DNA from: Perkinsela sp. CCAP 1560/9
Taxonomy: Eukaryota > Protista > Euglenozoa: Kinetoplastea
Length of the DNA stretch: 64,000 nt
Direction: 5' to 3'
NCBI GenBank assembly: GCA_965644495.1
Contig: CBFFSA010000035.1
Location: forward strand, 1-64,000
Shown here piece after piece: positions 46,971-59,400 of this stretch. Under the pieces are notes generated by a model, which did no database searches, had not been told where the DNA came from, and was given only the letters and a program-made list of their open reading frames with translations. The translations under genes and the position numbers were made by a program. Numbering within the stretch: the first letter of the stretch is position 1; every line of letters starts with the position of its first letter.

Positions 46971-47470
46971 ATTGTACGTGTGCTTCTCTCTAGATTCGTG
47001 GGAAGCAATTTGCGAAGCCCAACTACCTTGATAACAAATTTTAGTACCCATTTTGGCCGCGCGGGGGCCCCCGCGTGAGCGGGGGTGCGCGCGGCCGCGA
47101 AACGGCGAGGGCCCGCGTGAGCGGGGCTGAGCCGTACCCCGCGTAGGATTCCCCTGTTCGTCGTTAGTGGGAAGCAATTTGCGAAGCTCACTGAATTTCG
47201 TAGTTTTCGCTACGCAGGCGTTGTCAACGTATATAGTGAAGTGTAGGATACTGAACGCACGGAAAATGAAAATCGCGCTGGCGCGCGGGTCGCGCACTGA
47301 GAACCTATGTCTGCCACTTCCGCAGGATTGTGTATTTGTTTTTTAGTCGAAAATGCAGCTACCACCTCAAAAGTAATTAAAATCACCTTCGATGAGTTTC
47401 TTTCGTTTCGATGATTTTCGTTTTGACACGTGGGCGTTTCGATGAGTACTCACGGAAGTGTCCTCGTACC

Positions 47471-50400
47471 CCTTTCTTTTGCTAAGACCCTTCCTTTTGT
47501 TAAGACCCTTTCTTTTGTTAAGACCCTTTCTTTTGTTAAGACCCTTTCTTTTGTTAAGACCCTTTCTTTTGTTAAGACCCTTTCTTTTGCTAAGACCCTT
47601 CCTTTTGTTAAGCCCCTTTTTTTTGTTAAGACCCTTTCTTTTGTTAAGACCCTTTCTTTTGTTAAGACCCTTTCTTTTGTTAAGACCCTTTCTTTTGTTA
47701 AGACCCTTTCTTTTGTTAAGACCCTTTCTTTTGCTAAGACCCTTCCTTTTGTTAAGACCCTTTCTTTTGTTAAGACCCTTTCTTTTGTTAAGACCCTTTC
47801 TTTTGTTAAGACCCTTTCTTTTGTTAAGCCCCTTTCTTTTGTTAAGCCCCTTTCTTTTGTTAAGACCCTTTCTTTTGTTAAGACCCTTTCTTTTGTTAAG
47901 ACCTTTTCTTTTGTTAAGACCCTTTCTTTTGTTAAGCCCCTTTCTTTTGTTAAGACCCTTTCTTTTGTTAAGACCCTTTCTTTTGTTAAGACCCTTTCTT
48001 TTGTTAAGACCCTTTCTTTTGTTAAGACCCTTTCTTTTGTTAAGACCCTTTCTTTTGTTAAAACCCTTTCTTTTGTTAAGCCCCTTTCTTTTGTTAAGAC
48101 CCTTTCTTTTGTTAAAACCCTTTCTTTTGTTAAGCCCCTTTCTTTTGTTAAGCCCCTTTCTTTTGTTAAGACCCTTTCTTTTGTTAAGACCCTTTCTTTT
48201 GTTAAGCCCCTTTCTTTTGTTAAGACCCTTTCTTTTGTTAAGAACCTTTCTTTTGTTAAGACCCTTTCTTTTGTTAAGACCCTTTCTTTTGTTAAGACCC
48301 TTTCTTTTGTTAAGACCCTTTCTTTTGTTAAGACCTTTTCTTTTGTTAAGACCCTTTCTTTTGTTAAGACCCTTTCTTTTGTTAAGCCCCTTTCTTTTGT
48401 TAAGACCCTTTCTTTTGTTAAGCCCCTTTCTTTTGTTAAGCCCCTTTCTTTTGTTAAGACCCTTTCTTTTGTTAAGCCCCTTTCTTTTGTTAAGACCCTT
48501 TCTTTTGTTAAGACCCTTTCTTTTGTTAAGACCCTTTCTTTTGTTAAGCCCCTTTCTTTTGTTGAGACCCTTTCTTTTGTTAAGACCCTTTCTTTTGTTA
48601 AGACCCTTTCTTTTGTTAAGACCCTTTCTTTTGTTAAGACCCTTTCTTTTGTTAAGACCCTTTCTTTTGTTAAAACCCTTTCTTTTGTTAAGCCCCTTTC
48701 TTTTGTTAAGCCCCTTTCTTTTGTTAAGACCCTTTCTTTTGTTAAGACCCTTTCTTTTGTTAAGACCCTTTCTTTTGTTAAGACCCTTTCTTTTGTTAAG
48801 CCCCTTTCTTTTGTTAAGACCCTTTCTTTTGTTAAGACCCTTTCTTTTGTTAAGACCCTTTCTTTTGTTAAGACGCTTTCTTTTGTTAAGACCCTTTCTT
48901 TTGTTAAGCCCCTTTCTTTTGTTAAGACCCTTTCTTTTGTTAAGACCCTTTCTTTTGTTAAGCCCCTTTCTTTTGTTAAGACCCTTTCTTTTGTTAAGAA
49001 CCTTTCTTTTGTTAAGACCCTTTCTTTTGTTAAGACCCTTTCTTTTGTTAAGACCCTTTCTTTTGTTAAGACCCTTTCTTTTGTTAAGACCTTTTCTTTT
49101 GTTAAGACCCTTTCTTTTGTTAAGACCCTTTCTTTTGTTAAGCCCCTTTCTTTTGTTAAGACCCTTTCTTTTGTTAAGCCCCTTTCTTTTGTTAAGCCCC
49201 TTTCTTTTGTTAAGACCCTTTCTTTTGTTAAGCCCCTTTCTTTTGTTAAGACCCTTTCTTTTGTTAAGACCCTTTCTTTTGTTAAGACCCTTTCTTTTGT
49301 TAAGACCCTTTCTTTTGTTAAGCCCCTTTCTTTTGTTAAGCCCCTTTCTTTTGTTAAGACCCTTTCTTTTGTTAAGACCCTTTCTTTTGTTAAGCCCCTT
49401 TCTTTTGTTAAGACCTTTTCTTTTGTTAAGCCCCTTTTTTTTGTTAAGACCCTTTCTTTTGTTAAGACCCTTTCTTTTGTTAAGACCCTTTCTTTTGTTA
49501 AGACCCTTTCTTTTGTTAAGACCCTTTCTTTTGTTAAAACCCTTTCTTTTGTTAAGCCCCTTTCTTTTGTTAAGACCCTTTCTTTTGTTAAGACCCTTTC
49601 TTTTGTTAAGACCCTTTCTTTTGTTAAGCCCCTTTCTTTTGTTAAGACCCTTTCTTTTGTTAAGACCCTTTCTTTTGTTAAGACCCTTTCTTTTGTTAAG
49701 ACCCTTTCTTTTGTTAAAACCCTTTCTTTTGTTAAGCCCCTTTCTTTTGTTAAGCCCCTTTCTTTTGTTAAGACCCTTTCTTTTGTTAAGACCCTTTCTT
49801 TTGTTAAGACCCTTTCTTTTGTTAAGACCCTTTCTTTTGTTAAGACCCTTTCTTTTGTTAAGACCCTTTCTTTTGTTAAGACCCTTTCTTTTGTTAAGCC
49901 CCTTTCTTTTGTTAAGACCCTTTCTTTTGTTAAGACCCTTTCTTTTGTTAAGACCCTTTCTTTTGTTAAGCCCCTTTTTTTTGTTAAGACCCTTTCTTTT
50001 GTTAAGACCCTTTCTTTTGTTAAGACCCTTTCTTTTGTTAAGACCCTTTCTTTTGTTAAGCCCCTTTCTTTTGTTAAGACCCTTTCTTTTGTTAAGACCC
50101 TTTCTTTTGTTAAGACCCTTTCTTTTGTTAAGCCCCTTTTTTTTGTTAAGACCCTTTCTTTTGTTAAGACCCTTTCTTTTGTTAAGACCCTTTCTTTTGT
50201 TAAGACCCTTTCTTTTGTTAAGACCCTTTCTTTTGTTAAGACCCTTTCTTTTGTTAAGACCCTTTCTTTTGCTAAGACCCTTCCTTTTGTTAAGACCCTT
50301 TCTTTTGTTAAGACCCTTTCTTTTGTTAAGACCCTTTCTTTTGTTAAGACCCTTTCTTTTGTTAAGACCCTTTCTTTTGCTAAGACCCTTCCTTTTGTTA

Positions 50401-53400
50401 AGCCCCTTTTTTTTGTTAAGACCCTTTCTTTTGTTAAGACCCTTTCTTTTGTTAAGACCCTTTCTTTTGTTAAGACCCTTTCTTTTGTTAAGACCCTTTC
50501 TTTTGTTAAGACCCTTTCTTTTGCTAAGACCCTTCCTTTTGTTAAGACCCTTTCTTTTGTTAAGACCCTTTCTTTTGTTAAGACCCTTTCTTTTGTTAAG
50601 ACCCTTTCTTTTGTTAAGCCCCTTTCTTTTGTTAAGCCCCTTTCTTTTGTTAAGACCCTTTCTTTTGTTAAGACCCTTTCTTTTGTTAAGACCCTTTCTT
50701 TTGTTAAGACCCTTTCTTTTGTTAAGCCCCTTTCTTTTGTTAAGACCCTTTCTTTTGTTAAGACCCTTTCTTTTGTTAAGACCCTTTCTTTTGTTAAGAC
50801 CCTTTCTTTTGTTAAGACCCTTTCTTTTGTTAAGACCCTTTCTTTTGTTAAAACCCTTTCTTTTGTTAAGCCCCTTTCTTTTGTTAAGCCCCTTTCTTTT
50901 GTTAAGACCCTTTCTTTTGTTAAGCCCCTTTCTTTTGTTAAGACCCTTTCTTTTGTTAAGACCCTTTCTTTTGTTAAGACCCTTTCTTTTGTTAAGCCCC
51001 TTTCTTTTGTTAAGACCCTTTCTTTTGTTAAGACCCTTTCTTTTGTTAAGCCCCTTTCTTTTGTTAAGACCCTTTCTTTTGTTAAGACCCTTTCTTTTGT
51101 TAAGACCCTTTCTTTTGTTAAGACCCTTTCTTTTGTTAAGACCCTTTCTTTTGTTAAGCCCCTTTCTTTTGTTAAGACCCTTTCTTTTGTTAAGACCCTT
51201 TCTTTTGTTAAGACCCTTTCTTTTGTTAAGACCCTTTCTTTTGTTAAGACCCTTTCTTTTGTTAAGACCCTTTCTTTTGTTAAAACCCTTTCTTTTGTTA
51301 AGCCCCTTTCTTTTGTTAAGCCCCTTTCTTTTGTTAAGACCCTTTCTTTTGTTAAGCCCCTTTCTTTTGTTAAGACCCTTTCTTTTGTTAAGACCCTTTC
51401 TTTTGTTAAGACCCTTTCTTTTGTTAAGCCCCTTTCTTTTGTTAAGACCCTTTCTTTTGTTAAGACCCTTTCTTTTGTTAAGCCCCTTTCTTTTGTTAAG
51501 ACCCTTTCTTTTGTTAAGCCCCTTTCTTTTGTTAAGACCCTTTCTTTTGTTAAGACCCTTTCTTTTGTTAAGACCCTTTCTTTTGTTAAGACCCTTTCTT
51601 TTGTTAAGACCCTTTCTTTTGTTAAGACCCTTTCTTTTGTTAAGACCCTTTCTTTTGTTAAGCCCCTTTCTTTTGTTAAGCCCCTTTCTTTTGTTAAGAC
51701 CCTTTCTTTTGTTAAGACCCTTTCTTTTGTTAAGACCCTTTCTTTTGTTAAGACCTTTTCTTTTGTTAAGACCCTTTCTTTTGTTAAGCCCCTTTCTTTT
51801 GTTAAGACCCTTTCTTTTGTTAAGACCCTTTCTTTTGTTAAGACCCTTTCTTTTGTTAAGACCCTTTCTTTTGTTAAGACCCTTTCTTTTGTTAAGACCC
51901 TTTCTTTTGTTAAAACCCTTTCTTTTGTTAAGCCCCTTTCTTTTGTTAAGACCCTTTCTTTTGTTAAAACCCTTTCTTTTGTTAAGCCCCTTTCTTTTGT
52001 TAAGCCCCTTTCTTTTGTTAAGACCCTTTCTTTTGTTAAGACCCTTTCTTTTGTTAAGCCCCTTTCTTTTGTTAAGACCCTTTCTTTTGTTAAGAACCTT
52101 TCTTTTGTTAAGACCCTTTCTTTTGTTAAGACCCTTTCTTTTGTTAAGACCCTTTCTTTTGTTAAGACCCTTTCTTTTGTTAAGACCTTTTCTTTTGTTA
52201 AGACCCTTTCTTTTGTTAAGACCCTTTCTTTTGTTAAGCCCCTTTCTTTTGTTAAGACCCTTTCTTTTGTTAAGCCCCTTTCTTTTGTTAAGCCCCTTTC
52301 TTTTGTTAAGACCCTTTCTTTTGTTAAGCCCCTTTCTTTTGTTAAGACCCTTTCTTTTGTTAAGACCCTTTCTTTTGTTAAGACCCTTTCTTTTGTTAAG
52401 CCCCTTTCTTTTGTTAAGACCCTTTCTTTTGTTAAGACCCTTTCTTTTGTTAAGACCCTTTCTTTTGTTAAGACCCTTTCTTTTGTTAAGACCCTTTCTT
52501 TTGTTAAGACCCTTTCTTTTGTTAAAACCCTTTCTTTTGTTAAGCCCCTTTCTTTTGTTAAGCCCCTTTCTTTTGTTAAGACCCTTTCTTTTGTTAAGAC
52601 CCTTTCTTTTGTTAAGACCCTTTCTTTTGTTAAGACCCTTTCTTTTGTTAAGCCCCTTTCTTTTGTTAAGACCCTTTCTTTTGTTAAGACCCTTTCTTTT
52701 GTTAAGACCCTTTCTTTTGTTAAGACCCTTTCTTTTGTTAAGACCCTTTCTTTTATTAAGACCCTTTCTTTTGTTAAGACCCTTTCTTTTGTTAAGCCCC
52801 TTTCTTTTGTTAAGCCCCTTTCTTTTGTTAAGACCCTTTCTTTTGTTAAGCCCCTTTCTTTTGTTAAGCCCCTTTCTTTTGTTAAGACCCTTTCTTTTGT
52901 TAAGACTCTTTCTTTTGTTAAGCCCCTTTCTTTTGTTAAGACCCTTTCTTTTGTTAAGACCCTTTCTTTTGTTAAGACCCTTTCTTTTGTTAAGACCCTT
53001 TCTTTTGTTAAGACCCTTTCTTTTGTTAAGCCCCTTTCTTTTGTTAAGACCCTTTCTTTTGTTAAGACCCTTTCTTTTGTTAAGACCCTTTCTTTTGTTA
53101 AGACCCTTTCTTTTGTTAAGACCCTTTCTTTTGTTAAGACCCTTTCTTTTGTTAAAACCCTTTCTTTTGTTAAGCCCCTTTCTTTTGTTAAGCCCCTTTC
53201 TTTTGTTAAGACCCTTTCTTTTGTTAAGCCCCTTTCTTTTGTTAAGACCCTTTCTTTTGTTAAGACCCTTTCTTTTGTTAAGACCCTTTCTTTTGTTAAG
53301 ACCCTTTCTTTTGTTAAGACCCTTTCTTTTGTTAAAACCCTTTCTTTTGTTAAGCCCCTTTCTTTTGTTAAGACCCTTTCTTTTGTTAAAACCCTTTCTT

Positions 53401-56400
53401 TTGTTAAGCCCCTTTCTTTTGTTAAGCCCCTTTCTTTTGTTAAGACCCTTTCTTTTGTTAAGACCCTTTCTTTTGTTAAGCCCCTTTCTTTTGTTAAGAC
53501 CCTTTCTTTTGTTAAGAACCTTTCTTTTGTTAAGACCCTTTCTTTTGTTAAGACCCTTTCTTTTGTTAAGACCCTTTCTTTTGTTAAGACCCTTTCTTTT
53601 GTTAAGACCTTTTCTTTTGTTAAGACCCTTTCTTTTGTTAAGACCCTTTCTTTTGTTAAGCCCCTTTCTTTTGTTAAGACCCTTTCTTTTGTTAAGCCCC
53701 TTTCTTTTGTTAAGCCCCTTTCTTTTGTTAAGCCCCTTTCTTTTGTAAAGCCCCTTTCTTTTGTTAAGACCCTTTCTTTTGTTAAGACCCTTTCTTTTGT
53801 TAAGACCCTTTCTTTTGTTAAGCCCCTTTCTTTTGTTAAGACCCTTTCTTTTGTTAAGACCCTTTCTTTTGTTAAGACCCTTTCTTTTGTTAAGACCCTT
53901 TCTTTTGTTAAGACCCTTTCTTTTGTTAAGACCCTTTCTTTTGTTAAAACCCTTTCTTTTGTTAAGCCCCTTTCTTTTGTTAAGCCCCTTTCTTTTGTTA
54001 AGACCCTTTCTTTTGTTAAGACCCTTTCTTTTGTTAAGACCCTTTCTTTTGTTAAGACCCTTTCTTTTGTTAAGCCCCTTTCTTTTGTTAAGACCCTTTC
54101 TTTTGTTAAGACCCTTTCTTTTGTTAAGACCCTTTCTTTTGTTAAGACCCTTTCTTTTGTTAAGACCCTTTCTTTTATTAAGACCCTTTCTTTTGTTAAG
54201 ACCCTTTCTTTTGTTAAGCCCCTTTCTTTTGTTAAGCCCCTTTCTTTTGTTAAGACCCTTTCTTTTGTTAAGCCCCTTTCTTTTGTTAAGCCCCTTTCTT
54301 TTGTTAAGACCCTTTCTTTTGTTAAGACCCTTTCTTTTGTTAAGACCCTTTCTTTTGTTAAGCCCCTTTCTTTTGTTAAGACCCTTTCTTTTGTTAAGAC
54401 CCTTTCTTTTGTTAAGACCCTTTCTTTTGTTAAGACCCTTTCTTTTGTTAAGACCCTTTCTTTTGTTAAGCCCCTTTCTTTTGTTAAGACCCTTTCTTTT
54501 GTTAAGACCCTTTCTTTTGTTAAGACCCTTTCTTTTGTTAAGACCCTTTCTTTTGTTAAGACCCTTTCTTTTGTTAAGACCCTTTCTTTTGTTAAAACCC
54601 TTTCTTTTGTTAAGCCCCTTTCTTTTGTTAAGCCCCTTTCTTTTGTTAAGACCCTTTCTTTTGTTAAGCCCCTTTCTTTTGTTAAGACCCTTTCTTTTGT
54701 TAAGACCCTTTCTTTTGTTAAGACCCTTTCTTTTGTTAAGCCCCTTTCTTTTGTTAAGACCCTTTCTTTTGTTAAGACCCTTTCTTTTGTTAAGCCCCTT
54801 TCTTTTGTTAAGACCCTTTCTTTTGTTAAGCCCCTTTCTTTTGTTAAGACCCTTTCTTTTGTTAAAACCCTTTCTTTTGTTAAGCCCCTTTCTTTTGTTA
54901 AGACCCTTTCTTTTGTTAAGCCCCTTTCTTTTGTTAAGACCCTTTCTTTTGTTAAGACCCTTTCTTTTGTTAAGCCCCTTTCTTTTGTTAAGACCCTTTC
55001 TTTTGTTAAGACCCTTTCTTTTGTTAAGACCCTTTCTTTTGTTAAGCCCCTTTTTTTTGTTAAGACCCTTTCTTTTGTTAAGACCCTTTCTTTTGTTAAG
55101 ACCCTTTCTTTTGTTAAGACCCTTTCTTTTGTTAAGACCCTTTCTTTTGTTAAGACCCTTTCTTTTGCTAAGACCCTTCCTTTTGTTAAGACCCTTTCTT
55201 TTGTTAAGACCCTTTCTTTTGTTAAGACCCTTTCTTTTGTTAAGACCCTTTCTTTTGTTAAGACCCTTTCTTTTGCTAAGACCCTTCCTTTTGTTAAGAC
55301 CCTTTCTTTTGTTAAGACCCTTTCTTTTGTTAAGACCCTTTCTTTTGTTAAGACCCTTTCTTTTGTTAAGACCCTTTCTTTTGTTAAGACCCTTTCTTTT
55401 GTTAAGACCCTTTCTTTTGTTAAGACCCTTTCTTTTGTTAAGACCCTTTCTTTTGTTAAGACCCTTTCTTTTGTTAAGACCCTTTCTTTTGTTAAGACCC
55501 TTTCTTTTGTTAAGACCCTTTCTTTTGTTAAGACCCTTTCTTTTGTTAAGACCCTTTCTTTTATTAAGATCCTTTCTTTTGTTAAGACCCTTTCTTTTGT
55601 TAAGCCCCTTTCTTTTGTTAAGCCCCTTTCTTTTGTTAAGACCCTTTCTTTTGTTAAGCCCCTTTCTTTTGTTAAGACCCTTTCTTTTGTTAAGACCCTT
55701 TCTTTTGTTAAGACCTTTTCTTTTGTTAAGACCCTTTCTTTTGTTAAGCCCCTTTCTTTTGTTAAGACCCTTTCTTTTGTTAAGACCCTTTCTTTTGTTA
55801 AGACCCTTTCTTTTGTTAAGACCCTTTCTTTTGTTAAGACCCTTTCTTTTGTTAAAACCCTTTCTTTTGTTAAGCCCCTTTCTTTTGTTAAGACCCTTTC
55901 TTTTGTTAAAACCCTTTCTTTTGTTAAGACCCTTTCTTTTGTTAAGACCCTTTCTTTTGTTAAGCCCCTTTCTTTTGTTAAGACCCTTTCTTTTGTTAAG
56001 ACCCTTTCTTTTGTTAAGCCCCTTTCTTTTGTTAAGCCCCTTTCTTTTGTTAAGACCCTTTCTTTTGTTAAGACCCTTTCTTTTGTTAAGCCCCTTTCTT
56101 TTGTTAAGACCTTTTCTTTTGTTAAGCCCCTTTTTTTTGTTAAGACCCTTTCTTTTGTTAAGACCCTTTCTTTTGTTAAGACCCTTTCTTTTGTTAAGAC
56201 CCTTTCTTTTGTTAAGACCCTTTCTTTTGTTAAAACCCTTTCTTTTGTTAAGCCCCTTTCTTTTGTTAAGACCCTTTCTTTTGTTAAGACCCTTTCTTTT
56301 GTTAAGACCCTTTCTTTTGTTAAGCCCCTTTCTTTTGTTAAGACCCTTTCTTTTGTTAAGACCCTTTCTTTTGTTAAGACCCTTTCTTTTGTTAAGACCC

Positions 56401-59400
56401 TTTCTTTTGTTAAAACCCTTTCTTTTGTTAAGCCCCTTTCTTTTGTTAAGCCCCTTTCTTTTGTTAAGACCCTTTCTTTTGTTAAGACCCTTTCTTTTGT
56501 TAAGACCCTTTCTTTTGTTAAGACCCTTTCTTTTGTTAAGACCCTTTCTTTTGTTAAGACCCTTTCTTTTGTTAAGACCCTTTCTTTTGTTAAGACCCTT
56601 TCTTTTGTTAAGACCCTTTCTTTTGTTAAGCCCCTTTCTTTTGTTAAGACCCTTTCTTTTGTTAAGACCCTTTCTTTTGTTAAGACCCTTTCTTTTGTTA
56701 AGCCCCTTTTTTTTGTTAAGACCCTTTCTTTTGTTAAGACCCTTTCTTTTGTTAAGACCCTTTCTTTTGTTAAGACCCTTTCTTTTGTTAAGCCCCTTTC
56801 TTTTGTTAAGACCCTTTCTTTTGTTAAGACCCTTTCTTTTGTTAAGACCCTTTCTTTTGTTAAGACCCTTTCTTTTGTTAAGCCCCTTTTTTTTGTTAAG
56901 ACCCTTTCTTTTGTTAAGACCCTTTCTTTTGTTAAGCCCCTTTCTTTTGTTAAGACCCTTTCTTTTGTTAAGACCCTTTCTTTTGTTAAGACCCTTTCTT
57001 TTGTTAAGACCCTTTCTTTTGTTAAGACCCTTTCTTTTGTTAAGACCCTTTCTTTTGTTAAAACCCTTTCTTTTGTTAAGCCCCTTTCTTTTGTTAAGAC
57101 CCTTTCTTTTGTTAAGACCCTTTCTTTTGTTAAGACCCTTTCTTTTGTTAAGACCCTTTCTTTTGTTAAGCCCCTTTCTTTTGTTAAGACCCTTTCTTTT
57201 GTTAAGACCCTTTCTTTTGTTAAGACCCTTTCTTTTGTTAAGACCCTTTCTTTTGTTAAGACCCTTTCTTTTATTAAGACCCTTTCTTTTGTTAAGACCC
57301 TTTCTTTTGTTAAGCCCCTTTCTTTTGTTAAGCCCCTTTCTTTTGTTAAGACCCTTTCTTTTGTTAAGCCCCTTTCTTTTGTTAAGCCCCTTTCTTTTGT
57401 TAAGACCCTTTCTTTTGTTAAGACTCTTTCTTTTGTTAAGCCCCTTTCTTTTGTTAAGACCCTTTCTTTTGTTAAGACCCTTTCTTTTGTTAAGACCCTT
57501 TCTTTTGTTAAGACCCTTTCTTTTGTTAAGACCCTTTCTTTTGTTAAGCCCCTTTCTTTTGTTAAGACCCTTTCTTTTGTTAAGACCCTTTCTTTTGTTA
57601 AGACCCTTTCTTTTGTTAAGACCCTTTCTTTTGTTAAGACCCTTTCTTTTGTTAAGACCCTTTCTTTTGTTAAAACCCTTTCTTTTGTTAAGCCCCTTTC
57701 TTTTGTTAAGCCCCTTTCTTTTGTTAAGACCCTTTCTTTTGTTAAGCCCCTTTCTTTTGTTAAGACCCTTTCTTTTGTTAAGACCCTTTCTTTTGTTAAG
57801 ACCCTTTCTTTTGTTAAGACCCTTTCTTTTGTTAAGACCCTTTCTTTTGTTAAAACCCTTTCTTTTGTTAAGCCCCTTTCTTTTGTTAAGACCCTTTCTT
57901 TTGTTAAAACCCTTTCTTTTGTTAAGCCCCTTTCTTTTGTTAAGCCCCTTTCTTTTGTTAAGACCCTTTCTTTTGTTAAGACCCTTTCTTTTGTTAAGCC
58001 CCTTTCTTTTGTTAAGACCCTTTCTTTTGTTAAGAACCTTTCTTTTGTTAAGACCCTTTCTTTTGTTAAGACCCTTTCTTTTGTTAAGACCCTTTCTTTT
58101 GTTAAGACCCTTTCTTTTGTTAAGACCTTTTCTTTTGTTAAGACCCTTTCTTTTGTTAAGACCCTTTCTTTTGTTAAGCCCCTTTCTTTTGTTAAGACCC
58201 TTTCTTTTGTTAAGCCCCTTTCTTTTGTTAAGCCCCTTTCTTTTGTTAAGCCCCTTTCTTTTGTAAAGCCCCTTTCTTTTGTTAAGACCCTTTCTTTTGT
58301 TAAGACCCTTTCTTTTGTTAAGACCCTTTCTTTTGTTAAGCCCCTTTCTTTTGTTAAGACCCTTTCTTTTGTTAAGACCCTTTCTTTTGTTAAGACCCTT
58401 TCTTTTGTTAAGACCCTTTCTTTTGTTAAGACCCTTTCTTTTGTTAAGACCCTTTCTTTTGTTAAAACCCTTTCTTTTGTTAAGCCCCTTTCTTTTGTTA
58501 AGCCCCTTTCTTTTGTTAAGACCCTTTCTTTTGTTAAGACCCTTTCTTTTGTTAAGACCCTTTCTTTTGTTAAGACCCTTTCTTTTGTTAAGCCCCTTTC
58601 TTTTGTTAAGACCCTTTCTTTTGTTAAGACCCTTTCTTTTGTTAAGACCCTTTCTTTTGTTAAGACCCTTTCTTTTGTTAAGACCCTTTCTTTTATTAAG
58701 ACCCTTTCTTTTGTTAAGACCCTTTCTTTTGTTAAGCCCCTTTCTTTTGTTAAGCCCCTTTCTTTTGTTAAGACCCTTTCTTTTGTTAAGCCCCTTTCTT
58801 TTGTTAAGCCCCTTTCTTTTGTTAAGACCCTTTCTTTTGTTAAGACCCTTTCTTTTGTTAAGACCCTTTCTTTTGTTAAGCCCCTTTCTTTTGTTAAGAC
58901 CCTTTCTTTTGTTAAGACCCTTTCTTTTGTTAAGACCCTTTCTTTTGTTAAGACCCTTTCTTTTGTTAAGACCCTTTCTTTTGTTAAGCCCCTTTCTTTT
59001 GTTAAGACCCTTTCTTTTGTTAAGACCCTTTCTTTTGTTAAGACCCTTTCTTTTGTTAAGACCCTTTCTTTTGTTAAGACCCTTTCTTTTGTTAAGACCC
59101 TTTCTTTTGTTAAAACCCTTTCTTTTGTTAAGCCCCTTTCTTTTGTTAAGCCCCTTTCTTTTGTTAAGACCCTTTCTTTTGTTAAGCCCCTTTCTTTTGT
59201 TAAGACCCTTTCTTTTGTTAAGACCCTTTCTTTTGTTAAGACCCTTTCTTTTGTTAAGCCCCTTTCTTTTGTTAAGACCCTTTCTTTTGTTAAGACCCTT
59301 TCTTTTGTTAAGCCCCTTTCTTTTGTTAAGACCCTTTCTTTTGTTAAGCCCCTTTCTTTTGTTAAGACCCTTTCTTTTGTTAAAACCCTTTCTTTTGTTA

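Larger units (their letters stand above)
46402..47470. mobile_element. Mutator-like non-autonomous (Pack-MULE-like) element
   Basis: GG...CC termini, ~125-bp imperfect TIRs (CACTTCCGTGAGT...CGTGTCA...TCATCGAAACG...AGGTGATTTTAATT), and a 9-bp TSD CCTTTCTTT (46393-46401, 47471-47479). Removing the element and one TSD restores the satellite phase. Confidence 0.85.

Noticed and set aside
29705-58266. Giant ORFs (FVKTLS, LLLRPF, NKRKGL and TKERVL repeats)
   Set aside because: These arise because an 18-bp unit lacks stops in several frames. They are open on both strands and have no unique domains.
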